This document shows positions 39,678-48,828 of a stretch of 64,000 nucleotides of DNA, one piece after another. Under the pieces are notes generated by a model. That model saw only the letters and a program-made list of their open reading frames with translations. It had not been told where the DNA came from and ran no database searches. Every line of letters starts with the position of its first letter. The stretch's first letter is position 1. The position numbers were made by a program, and so were the translations under genes. This DNA is from Spirochaetia bacterium (GTDB lineage: Bacteria > Spirochaetota > Spirochaetia > DSM-2461): the NCBI GenBank assembly GCA_963666985.2, contig CAXXIA010000002.1, positions 1,088,001 through 1,152,000 of the forward strand, in the 5' to 3' direction.

Positions 39678-40778
39678 ATGGCTGAAGTAATTCTGAAAGA
39701 CATTACCAAGATTTATGACGGTGGTGTTAAGGCGGTCGATAAGGCCAACATCGAAATCAAGGACCAGGAATTCGTGGTTCTCGTCGGACCTTCCGGCTGT
39801 GGTAAATCCACCACGCTGCGGATGATCGCGGGTTTGGAAGATATTTCCGAAGGTGATCTTTTCATCGACGGAAAAAGAATGAACGACGAAGCTCCCAAGG
39901 ACCGGGACATCGCCATGGTGTTCCAGAACTATGCTCTCTACCCGCATATGTCCGTATACGACAACATGGCTTTCGGACTGCGAATCCGCAAATTCCCCAA
40001 AGCTGAAATCGACGCGCGGGTTAAAGAAGCCGCACAGATTCTGGACATTGAGGAACTCCTCGAACGCAAGCCGAAAGCACTCTCGGGAGGCCAGAGGCAG
40101 CGCGTCGCCGTCGGACGGGCCATCGTCCGAAAGCCGAAAGTATTCCTCTTCGACGAGCCTCTTTCCAACCTCGACGCGAAACTTCGTGTCCAGATGCGCG
40201 CCGAAATTTCCTCGCTGCATACGCGTCTGCAGGCAACCATGGTTTACGTAACCCACGACCAGGTGGAAGCCATGACCATGGGAGACAAAATTGTCGTTAT
40301 GAAGAGCGGCCTCATTCAGCAAATCGGTTCGCCGCTCAAGCTTTACAACGATCCCATCAACCGTTTCGTCGCGGGATTCATGGGAACGCCTCCGATGAAC
40401 ATCGCTCCGGCGGACATTGTTGAAGAAGGCGGGAAAATCATCGCAAGAGAAGAAGGCATGAGCGTCGTTATCCCCAAGGAGAAAGAAGGAGTTCTTAAAT
40501 CCTATGTCGGCAAAAAGGTGCTCATGGGCGTCCGCGCCGAGGATCTTCTCTTTACGAAAACTCCGCAAGAGAACAATCTGAAGGCTACCGTATCGGTTAT
40601 CGAACCGCTGGGCAACGAAACCCATCTTTACATTGATACGAATGATACCCAGTTTATCGCCCGTTCGCTCCCCGAAAACGAGTTCCATGTCGGTGATGAA
40701 GTGAATTTCACCCCAAACATCAATAAAATGCAGTTCTTCGATTTCGAAACCGAACGGTCTTTGTTCTATTCCGAATAG
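39678..40778 (+). CDS. Sugar ABC transporter ATP-binding protein (MsmK/MalK/UgpC family)
   Basis: GPSGCGKST, MVFQNYALYPH, LSGGQRQRVA, DEPLSNLD, VTHDQ and a C-terminal OB domain. Promoter TTGACA-17-TACCCT at 39607-39635. Confidence 0.95.
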   Translation: MAEVILKDITKIYDGGVKAVDKANIEIKDQEFVVLVGPSGCGKSTTLRMIAGLEDISEGDLFIDGKRMNDEAPKDRDIAMVFQNYALYPHMSVYDNMAFGLRIRKFPKAEIDARVKEAAQILDIEELLERKPKALSGGQRQRVAVGRAIVRKPKVFLFDEPLSNLDAKLRVQMRAEISSLHTRLQATMVYVTHDQVEAMTMGDKIVVMKSGLIQQIGSPLKLYNDPINRFVAGFMGTPPMNIAPADIVEEGGKIIAREEGMSVVIPKEKEGVLKSYVGKKVLMGVRAEDLLFTKTPQENNLKATVSVIEPLGNETHLYIDTNDTQFIARSLPENEFHVGDEVNFTPNINKMQFFDFETERSLFYSE

Positions 40779-40801
40779 TCGGATTGAACAAAGAAAGTTA
40801 T

Positions 40802-40830
40802 CGGCCGTCCATTGGGCGGCCGTTTTTTTT
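40802..40830 (+). terminator. Rho-independent terminator
   Basis: CGGCCGTCC-att-GGGCGGCCG followed by T8. Confidence 0.9.
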
Positions 40831-41027
40831 ACGGAAGCGGCTTCAAAATCGACGATATTCGAAGGGAAACCCTTAAGAAGGCGAATTCGGGGGAACGGCC
40901 GCCGCAGATACGCTCTTGCATCATTATAAAATTGTCTTTACCCGGAATATCGGAATAATAAAACATCCATCCTTATTTGACGCTTAAATTGGCCCGTGCT
41001 AGACTCAGAAATGTTGGAGGTCCGGTC

Positions 41028-42473
41028 ATGATGATTCCACGCTTCGTGCGTCTCTTGGTATCCATTTTGTCCGTCGCAATCCTACTCTCATTCGTTGGCT
41101 GCAAAACCACCGATGAAGTGCCGGAGGAGACACCCGTCGAGGAACCCGCTGAAGAACCCGTAGAAGCTCCACAGCCGGACGTTTCGGCTCCCGAGAAACC
41201 CGAGCCGCTTTCCCAGGAAGACATTAATGCGGCCAAAGCGGCCGTTCAAAGAGCCAATCTTATGGGAGCGAATAAATATTTCCCCGGGGAATACAATGAT
41301 TTAAAGGACGCTTTGGAAGAAGCGATCGCACTGGGTGAATCGAATCCCGATGCGGCCAGAGCGGCTCTCGCCGCGGTAATCCAAAACGCGAATGCTCTTT
41401 ATGATAAAACACTCCTGGCGCGCCGCAACGAATATATGGCGAAGTATTATGCCGCGGACGCGAAACTTCTGGAAATAGAGGCCGATAAATTCGCACCGGA
41501 GAAATACGCGCAGACACAAAATCTCGCGCGTCAAACCATGGCCCTCTATGATTCGGAAGATTACGCCGGGGCACAGACCAAGGCCGATGAAACACTCGCG
41601 GCGCAGCATCGGCTCTACAATAACCTCAGCGACAATATTCGCTACGTCGGGATTCTGAAACGGGATACGGAAAATTATCTGGGTGACGCCGAAGACAATG
41701 AAGCTTTTCTGTATGCTCCGGAAGAACTCGATAAGGCCAACGGTTTTTATTTCGACGGCGTTTCCGCATTCCGCAGCTACAAACTCCAGGAAAGCGCGGA
41801 CATTCTCACCGAAGCGAAAAGACATTCGGTTCTGGCGGCCAGAACGGCCGCCGTTCGAAAGCGTCAGGCCGAAACGGACGCGCTGATGAATGAAACCCAG
41901 CATCGGATTGAATCGGCCTCAAGGCTCCGCGTGATGAATCCTGATGGAACGGTCAGCGATGCCCGTCCCTGGGACGGAGAAGAATTTATCGGGCAGAATC
42001 CTCTGGTGGACTATTCCAAGGACGTCGGAACCGTGGATATCGAAAATCCCGTTCTAAAAAATCTCGATGATCCTGTGGATGAATCGGACAATAACAGTCC
42101 CGTCGATGTTCCCATTGAGAATGAAGGAACACAGGTTAACGCCGACGAAGAAAGCACGGATTACCTTGCCTACGCCGAGAACCTCTGGGAAAAAGGCGTA
42201 ACCGCCCGAAACAATGGTCAATTCGACCTTGCTCAGGATTATTTCAGACAGGCCCAGGCCTACATTGATGCGCATGAAGCCAACGCCGTAACCAAAACTT
42301 ACACCGTTGTTTATCGAAAAATCGCCACGGACTGTCTCTGGCGAATCGCCGAAAGGGATGATGTTTTCGAGAATCCCTTCCTCTGGCCGAAAATATGGCG
42401 CGCGAACCGCCGTATTATCCAGAATCCGGATCTTATCTATCCGGGACAAATTCTGGCCATTCCTCCGAAGTAA
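41028..42473 (+). CDS. Helical lipoprotein with C-terminal LysM domain
   Basis: Lipobox FVG-C, Pro/Glu linker, repeated A.K(Y/F)(F/A)P..Y helical units, and LysM YTV...DCLWRIA...WPKIWRAN...NPDLIYPGQ. Confidence 0.88.
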   Translation: MMIPRFVRLLVSILSVAILLSFVGCKTTDEVPEETPVEEPAEEPVEAPQPDVSAPEKPEPLSQEDINAAKAAVQRANLMGANKYFPGEYNDLKDALEEAIALGESNPDAARAALAAVIQNANALYDKTLLARRNEYMAKYYAADAKLLEIEADKFAPEKYAQTQNLARQTMALYDSEDYAGAQTKADETLAAQHRLYNNLSDNIRYVGILKRDTENYLGDAEDNEAFLYAPEELDKANGFYFDGVSAFRSYKLQESADILTEAKRHSVLAARTAAVRKRQAETDALMNETQHRIESASRLRVMNPDGTVSDARPWDGEEFIGQNPLVDYSKDVGTVDIENPVLKNLDDPVDESDNNSPVDVPIENEGTQVNADEESTDYLAYAENLWEKGVTARNNGQFDLAQDYFRQAQAYIDAHEANAVTKTYTVVYRKIATDCLWRIAERDDVFENPFLWPKIWRANRRIIQNPDLIYPGQILAIPPK

Positions 42474-42510
42474 TCGTCCCGGAGAAGCACCAAATCGATT
42501 CAAGCGATTC

Positions 42511-42543
42511 AAAGAGCTGTTCCATGCGGGGCAGCTCTTTTTT
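42511..42543. terminator. Bidirectional terminator
   Basis: AAAGAGCTGTTCC-atgc-GGGGCAGCTCTTTTTT. Confidence 0.8.
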
Positions 42544-42622
42544 ACGGCCTCTTCCCCCGAAACACCCGCGGGGGTGCGGCAAGGAAGCGTTCTAAAAACC
42601 TCCGGCGGCATAAAGAGGATTT

Positions 42623-43546
42623 TTACAAACCGCGTCGTACAGGCGCCGCTCCCTCGGGGATAAAGAAAAGCTCCGGACGATATTCAAAATGAATCCGGTC
42701 ATAGAGGAACCATTTGCCTCCCCATATGAAGCCATGGGCCTCAAAGGCCTCCACGAGGGTTTGAGGAAACGGAAACCGATCGGCCTGGGGAACGGCCCAC
42801 CAGCGGTCATAAACGTTTCGCGCCCAGCGCCAATAAGCGGGCCCGCCGTTTAAATCCGCGGGAACAAGATCAACGGCAATTCCATATGAATGAAGACTGC
42901 GATTGGCGGAACCCGCGATGTTCCGCCAATTGTAAGCGCCGACGGACCCCAGGCCGTCCAGCCAGGCGCGGAGCTCCGGATCGTTTTCGGCGGAGTGAAG
43001 AATCATCTGTTCAACACCGGCCAAAGCATCCTTTATATCCGGATGAACGCGAACATTAAATCCGAGAAACTTCATGGGTACGACCGTCCGCTCGGCAGTC
43101 AAAAAATCCTCCATTCCCCACAAAGCCGTTAAAAACGACTGACTCCTGGAGTCCTGAAGAGTCTCACGTATGCTAATCAGCTCTTCCAGCCGGCGAATTT
43201 CATCTTCATTCAGCTCCGGAGGCTCCGGCAATTCACTCGGATAAGGAATAAAGGAATAAGGACGATACTTTTCTTTATTCTCGGCCTCTTCGGAGGGAAG
43301 CATCCTGCCTTCGGCCCAGAGAAAAACTCGGCCGTCGATAAGCACGCTCCAATCTCCCAGGCGGATGCCCGGAGATTCTATTCGGCCGGGATAGGCCCGA
43401 ACCAGCGCATCCAAAACGGCCGGAGCGCTCGGGGTGGGCGGCATGAAGGAGTCGCCCCATATTCCGAACGGAAAGGATAAAACAAGAGAGACCGCGATTA
43501 TGGTCCTAAGAAATACCGACAGTCTATTTCTCCAGGAAGGATGCAA
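42623..43546 (-). CDS. M15-family zinc peptidoglycan peptidase (start uncertain)
   Basis: YNWRNIAG, SLHSYGIAVD, GFIWGGKW and D..HFEY, with an N-terminal hydrophobic segment. Confidence 0.88.
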   Translation of the reverse strand: MHPSWRNRLSVFLRTIIAVSLVLSFPFGIWGDSFMPPTPSAPAVLDALVRAYPGRIESPGIRLGDWSVLIDGRVFLWAEGRMLPSEEAENKEKYRPYSFIPYPSELPEPPELNEDEIRRLEELISIRETLQDSRSQSFLTALWGMEDFLTAERTVVPMKFLGFNVRVHPDIKDALAGVEQMILHSAENDPELRAWLDGLGSVGAYNWRNIAGSANRSLHSYGIAVDLVPADLNGGPAYWRWARNVYDRWWAVPQADRFPFPQTLVEAFEAHGFIWGGKWFLYDRIHFEYRPELFFIPEGAAPVRRGL

Positions 43547-44585
43547 GATAGGCCGTAAACTCCCGGTCGAATTCTTTCGTAATGACTTTGTTCATGTCCG
43601 CATAGGCTCTCGCATCGGCGGCCGAAGCGCTGATGCCCGAAGAACGTCCCTGACGCGGCAGGGTGATCGCGGGATACCCGGAACCGTCCATCAGCGTAAG
43701 ATTCAGTTCCCATGCGAGATTCTCATATCCGTTGTTCAGCTGAACGGGAGCGACGTTCACGACGGCCGAAAGGAACATATCGCCGCCGCCCGAGACGGAA
43801 AAGCCCTTTTCGGATGTCCAGTCCGTTAAAACGGCCTGAATGCGGCCTTCGGGATCGCCGGAGGCTTCAATCCGAATTTTCATGGCCGCCGCCTGATCCG
43901 CCTTGGCCGCTCTCAGATCTCCCAGCGCATAAGTAGGAGAATAAGATCTGGCCATGGGCATATTGATGATTTCAAGCTGCTCGATGAGAACGCGGTTCAC
44001 TTCGGACATAACCAGCGCGGCGTCGAAGAAAGCGAAACGGCGCAGCGGTTCATTCTGCGACGCGGCCCTGTCCATCAGTTCGCAAACCCTCTCGTCGTTC
44101 GCCAAAATGCGCTGACGGTAGAGATTTCCCGTCTCGGCCCGATCCAAATAAGCGATTGTGTACACCCGGCCCATGGAATCCGTCCAGGATTCTCCGTATT
44201 TCATATTAACCAGGGATTCATCGGCGCTTTGTCCGATACTCTGATTGAAATCCGTCTGATTCACGAGTCCCAGAGACTTATCATTCTCTCCGGTAATTTC
44301 CGTATACCGGGTTGTGATGGTTGTATCCACGGTTACACGGGTTCGAAAAATCTGCGCGATGGCCCCGGCGGCGTTTCCCTTGGCGTCGTTCAGACTGTCG
44401 CCCTCGCCGACTTCCGCCAGAAATTCATCATCGGGATACACCGAATCCTTATCCGTTATCCATACCGGCTGCGATTTGCCGCGTGATGCCGATGAGGTTG
44501 TGGCGCATCCGGAAATAACCGACACCGCGATAAGCACGGCCGCGGAGCGGATTAGAATGAACGACAGAATGTTTTTTCTCGACAT
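43524..44585 (-). CDS. LPP20-like lipoprotein with C-terminal extension
   Basis: Lipobox ISG-C, then P.WI, Y, VG.G and A...A...IA..F. Confidence 0.72.
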   Translation of the reverse strand: MSRKNILSFILIRSAAVLIAVSVISGCATTSSASRGKSQPVWITDKDSVYPDDEFLAEVGEGDSLNDAKGNAAGAIAQIFRTRVTVDTTITTRYTEITGENDKSLGLVNQTDFNQSIGQSADESLVNMKYGESWTDSMGRVYTIAYLDRAETGNLYRQRILANDERVCELMDRAASQNEPLRRFAFFDAALVMSEVNRVLIEQLEIINMPMARSYSPTYALGDLRAAKADQAAAMKIRIEASGDPEGRIQAVLTDWTSEKGFSVSGGGDMFLSAVVNVAPVQLNNGYENLAWELNLTLMDGSGYPAITLPRQGRSSGISASAADARAYADMNKVITKEFDREFTAYLASFLEK

Positions 44586-44603
44586 GGCTCCTCCTTGGAT
44601 ACC

Positions 44604-46133
44604 CTACCTCAACATATAGCTTTCTATGAGATTCAACCCGTCGGCGCTGAAAGTTCTCTCGCCATGATCAATTCTTTCCATCAGGCTCTGCCCATTCCAG
44701 TACTCAACTTCAACATGATAGGTGCCCGGAAGCACGGAAATCTCGGCTGTTTTCGCATAGGATGGAAAGAACTGAGAAATTCGGAGATCCGCGTTTTCCG
44801 TGGCGTCCACGGCCACGTCGGCCGCGACTCCCACCAGTAAACCCGCGAATAATCCGGCGAGTCCCTGATCGTTCAGTTCTTTCTGCACCGCGTCTTTCCC
44901 GGCTTCCTTGGCGATATTCTTTAAGGTGGCCCTAATAATGGTTTTACCGACGGTAAGAGGACGCTTGAGCAGAAATGTTTCCCGGGCCACAACCTCCATC
45001 TTCTCAAGGAGATCCAATTCGGCAACTTCACGTCCGTCGAATTTCACGACGATACGGTCCGCTTCGGATCGGCGACTCTCCAGCCTTGGAAATTGAATTT
45101 TATAATGGAACCCGCCGTTCACCCCGGGAATCACGAGAAAGTTGAAACCGACATTATCCGTGACATAATCATCGCTCTGACCCGTCATCGTAAGCCATAC
45201 CATGCCCGGCGTGGTATTGATATAAATGGTATCCGCAAGCTTCACCGGACTTAAACCGGAAAAACTGACGATGTTGACCAGCGCCGAACCGTTTTCGGGC
45301 GGCTTGAGGGCGGGCAAATCGGGTTTTTCGAAATTATAGATATGCGCCTGAGTGGACCATGCTTCATTCATCGCTTCGCTGTCTATGCGGGCGTCGTCGT
45401 ACGAGCCCTCCGCTCTGTAGAGCAGCAAACTCAGATACCGAGCCAGAACATCGTTGTGAAATTGATTTTCACGGTAAACCAGTTCCCCTTCGGCCTCGGA
45501 GGATGAATTGTAATCGTCGATAAGGTCTTTGTATTTGTCTTCAAGGATATCGAGCTTAATCTGAACGCGCCGAATCTCCACATGGGCCGATTCCTCATCT
45601 CCCATCGCGATATAATTCAGGGCTTTGAAGACATTCAAGTAGATGTCTTCATAATCCTCTCCCGAGTAATCAAGCGCATTGTCGTTGAGCCCCCAGGAGG
45701 CCGCTCCTTTGGAAATGCTCTTGGTATAAAGTTCTTCAATGGCAAGCTCCGCTTTGGAAAGAAGCTCATTGCTTCTCTCATAGTTTCCCGCCCAATGCTG
45801 AAGCATGCCGAGATCGAGATAATAGAGAACTCTGTCCTTCTCTTTATAATCTTCGCCTTTGGATTCCCTGATAATGCCGGCCGCCGAAGCGTATGCGCCC
45901 TCACGCGCCATGGGCACCGACTCTTCGTACTGATTCTGACTGGTCTTCATGCTCGCGCACGAGGCTAAAATAAGAGCCGCCGCAATCACGGCAAAGACAT
46001 TGATTCCCGGAAAAACAGCCGCCCCGATCGCGGTGAAGACATTCACTCTTGAAAAATGCGTTATTATCGGCCCGTTTTGTATTCGAGGTTTATTCAAAAG
46101 ACAATCTTCATTCCTCTGCAGGTTCCGGCTCAT
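44604..46133 (-). CDS. COG3014-like TPR lipoprotein (start uncertain)
   Basis: LAS-C, LYYLDLG.L, Y.GEDYE...N..KALNY, A.VE.RR and ADLR....P. Confidence 0.72.
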   Translation of the reverse strand: MSRNLQRNEDCLLNKPRIQNGPIITHFSRVNVFTAIGAAVFPGINVFAVIAAALILASCASMKTSQNQYEESVPMAREGAYASAAGIIRESKGEDYKEKDRVLYYLDLGMLQHWAGNYERSNELLSKAELAIEELYTKSISKGAASWGLNDNALDYSGEDYEDIYLNVFKALNYIAMGDEESAHVEIRRVQIKLDILEDKYKDLIDDYNSSSEAEGELVYRENQFHNDVLARYLSLLLYRAEGSYDDARIDSEAMNEAWSTQAHIYNFEKPDLPALKPPENGSALVNIVSFSGLSPVKLADTIYINTTPGMVWLTMTGQSDDYVTDNVGFNFLVIPGVNGGFHYKIQFPRLESRRSEADRIVVKFDGREVAELDLLEKMEVVARETFLLKRPLTVGKTIIRATLKNIAKEAGKDAVQKELNDQGLAGLFAGLLVGVAADVAVDATENADLRISQFFPSYAKTAEISVLPGTYHVEVEYWNGQSLMERIDHGERTFSADGLNLIESYMLR

Positions 46134-46142
46134 GAGAAAATA

Positions 46143-46751
46143 CTACCAGGAATTCTTTTTGCGTTCGACGAGTTTTTTAAACTGTTTGGCATCGATCCAG
46201 ACTTTCTGGTTGTTCTCGAGATCGATCAGCTCCATATCGACTTTATACAAGGTGGCGCTTTTCCCTTCGATGGCATCGGTCTGGCTGGTAATAACGCCCT
46301 GCATCATGTAATCGGCGCCGGTTTCCGCCGCTAAGGCCGCCGCCGACTCCAGCGTGGCGTTGGACTGCTGATCCTCGCGTTCGGCTCGAATCTCCTCGCG
46401 GGCATCGCCCGCCGCGACGAAAACAACCCGGCCGCTGTTCACAAGTTCCCGTTCGATGTCTTTGATAAACGTATTCGCGTCAATATGTTCGGAACTTCTG
46501 TTGCGGACGCTGCCGACGATAACCACCGGATCGCGGCCTTCTTCGGACGTGAAACGGCCGAGCCAGCCGCCGGAAAGCATACTGGAAACCATGTATTCCG
46601 CCGTCAGTCTGGAATCCGTATCATTCCATCTTCCGCTCAGGTCGATGACTTCATCCGTGGCGGTTCTGGTAACCGATGTCGTGGCACAGCCGGTAAAGAG
46701 TAAAACGGCGAGAATGAATCCCGCCGGAGCGAACTTCGTTACAAATTTCAT
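46143..46751 (-). CDS. LpoB-like lipoprotein (penicillin-binding protein activator family)
   Basis: FTG-C, DLSGRWNDTD, NRSSEHID, GADYM..G.I and L.DLE....W. Confidence 0.8.
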   Translation of the reverse strand: MKFVTKFAPAGFILAVLLFTGCATTSVTRTATDEVIDLSGRWNDTDSRLTAEYMVSSMLSGGWLGRFTSEEGRDPVVIVGSVRNRSSEHIDANTFIKDIERELVNSGRVVFVAAGDAREEIRAEREDQQSNATLESAAALAAETGADYMMQGVITSQTDAIEGKSATLYKVDMELIDLENNQKVWIDAKQFKKLVERKKNSW

Positions 46752-47259
46752 TCCATCCCTCCAGGAATTGCGATACGGCGCAGCGGGCCTTCGCTTCTAT
46801 CGGCAGACTGTAATAATGAAAGATATAAGTTTTTTTCAACAGTCCGCTCAATCATTTTACTGACCGGAAAATAAAAAACCAAGGAAAACGGCGAATCATC
46901 ACCGTCTTTCTTCTCCATCCCCCCCTTGATCAACCACAAAGCTTCCTCCATCATTTCTCTCGCCGCCGAAAGATTTGGATCATTACCGCGAGAGGCTCTT
47001 TCAAAATAGTGAATTTTGTTCGCGAACAGCGGGCGGAACCCGCAGATCGCCGCGTGGGGAGCACGGAATCCCGGAGCGGCGGCTAATGCGGCGGCCAATA
47101 TAGGATCGTACCGCGGGCCGAAGTCCGGCGGTTCGTAAACAGCTGAGGACCGCAAGGGGAATCGTACCGCCGGGCCAAAGGCTCCGCTGTGAAAGAGCCC
47201 CACGAATCGGATGACCGTTATCTTGGAAATCGGCATTTTTTGGTGAGGGAGAAAATCTT

Positions 47260-48579
47260 ATGGAATCACCCGGAAAATTCGGCATCGCCGTCGTCGGCTG
47301 CGGAACGGTCGGCATTTCTACGGCCGAACTCATTCTGTCGCATTCGGACAGCTTCTTCGCAAAAACCGGCATTCGATTCGAACTTAAAGCCCTGGTGGAT
47401 GTCAATTACGACCGAGCGAAAGCGGCCGGACTTGATGAACGTCTTTACAACGAAGATTTAGGTTCGGTTCTGGCCGATAAAAATGTCCATCTCATCGTTG
47501 AAACGGTCGGCGGACTGACCATCGCCAGAACCATCATCGAGAAGGCTCTGAAAGCGAAAAAACATGTCGTTACCGCCAATAAAGCTCTTCTGGCTCATTA
47601 CGGAACCGAACTTTTCGCTCTGGCTCGTGAAAATGGTGTGAGCATCGGTTTCGAAGCGAGCTGCGCGGGCGGCATTCCCATAATTCGCGCCCTTATCGAC
47701 GGACTCTCGGCCAATAATATCGAAGCTCTTTACGGCATCGTCAACGGAACCTCGAATTTCATTCTTACGGAAATGGTGGAAAAAGGCCGCACCTATGCGG
47801 AAGCACTTTCCCAAGCCCAGGCCGACGGTCTGGCCGAGGCCGATCCGTCCCTGGACGTCAACGGCATGGACGCGGCTCATAAACTCACCCTTCTGGCGTC
47901 TCTGGCCTTCGGAGAAAGGATTCCCCTGGAATCGGTTCCCGTCGACGGCATCGACGGGCTGGATCTTTTCGATGTCGCCACCGGAAACGAACTCGGCTAT
48001 GTCCTGAAACTTATCGCATTCGCCCGAAGAATCGATGATGCTCTGGATTTGGCCGTTAAGCCGGTGTTTCTTCCGAACGATCATCCCCTGGCCCGGGTTT
48101 CGGGCCCCTTCAACGCCATAAGCGTTTACGGCGATGCCGTCGGCCACACAATGTACTACGGCCGCGGCGCCGGAGGCAGTCCCACGGCCTCGGCAGTCGT
48201 TTCGGATATTCTTTCGATTGCCTTGGGCATATGGCCCGCGCTGTTTTCCAGCCTTACCATCTGGCCCGACCGGCGGGAGCCGGCCCGCCTCATCAACGAA
48301 GGTGATTCGGTTCACCGCTACTACATGAGGTTCATGGTTAAGGAAGAATGCGGCGCCGTGGCGGATATAACCGCGGAACTGGCGAAAAGAGGAATCAGTC
48401 TGAATGCGTTCGTGCAGAAGGAATCAGGCAACAGGAACAGCGTCCCCTGCGTTATCACCACATACGAAGCTCCCGGAGGAAAGGTTCAGGAAGCCTTCGA
48501 CGCCATCTGCAAACTTTCCAAAGTCGAAAAACCGGCGGTACTGATTCGCATTATCGACGAGCATACGGAATCAATCTGA
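47260..48579 (+). CDS. hom: Homoserine dehydrogenase with C-terminal ACT domain
   Basis: GCGTVG, VVTANK, FEASCAGGIP, GIVNGTSN, AEADP, DAAHK and GRGAG. Confidence 0.95.
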   Translation: MESPGKFGIAVVGCGTVGISTAELILSHSDSFFAKTGIRFELKALVDVNYDRAKAAGLDERLYNEDLGSVLADKNVHLIVETVGGLTIARTIIEKALKAKKHVVTANKALLAHYGTELFALARENGVSIGFEASCAGGIPIIRALIDGLSANNIEALYGIVNGTSNFILTEMVEKGRTYAEALSQAQADGLAEADPSLDVNGMDAAHKLTLLASLAFGERIPLESVPVDGIDGLDLFDVATGNELGYVLKLIAFARRIDDALDLAVKPVFLPNDHPLARVSGPFNAISVYGDAVGHTMYYGRGAGGSPTASAVVSDILSIALGIWPALFSSLTIWPDRREPARLINEGDSVHRYYMRFMVKEECGAVADITAELAKRGISLNAFVQKESGNRNSVPCVITTYEAPGGKVQEAFDAICKLSKVEKPAVLIRIIDEHTESI

Positions 48580-48828
48580 CTGTTCTGAACTGTTCTAAAA
48601 GACGGCCCCTCGGCGCATGAATGATGCACCGAGGGACCTTGTGTTCTCCGGTTTTGCCGATTGAACCGCCGCGGATGTCGGTACCGTGAGGATTGAACCT
48701 TAAAAGGGGAAGAGTGAAAATCCGTCTGGAAAAACGGCCCCTTTACGGCAAATAATTGAATCATGCGGAGTTCTTCCATTTTGTGCAGACGCTTGCGCAA
48801 TCTCCATCGGGAATGATAGGAATAGAGT

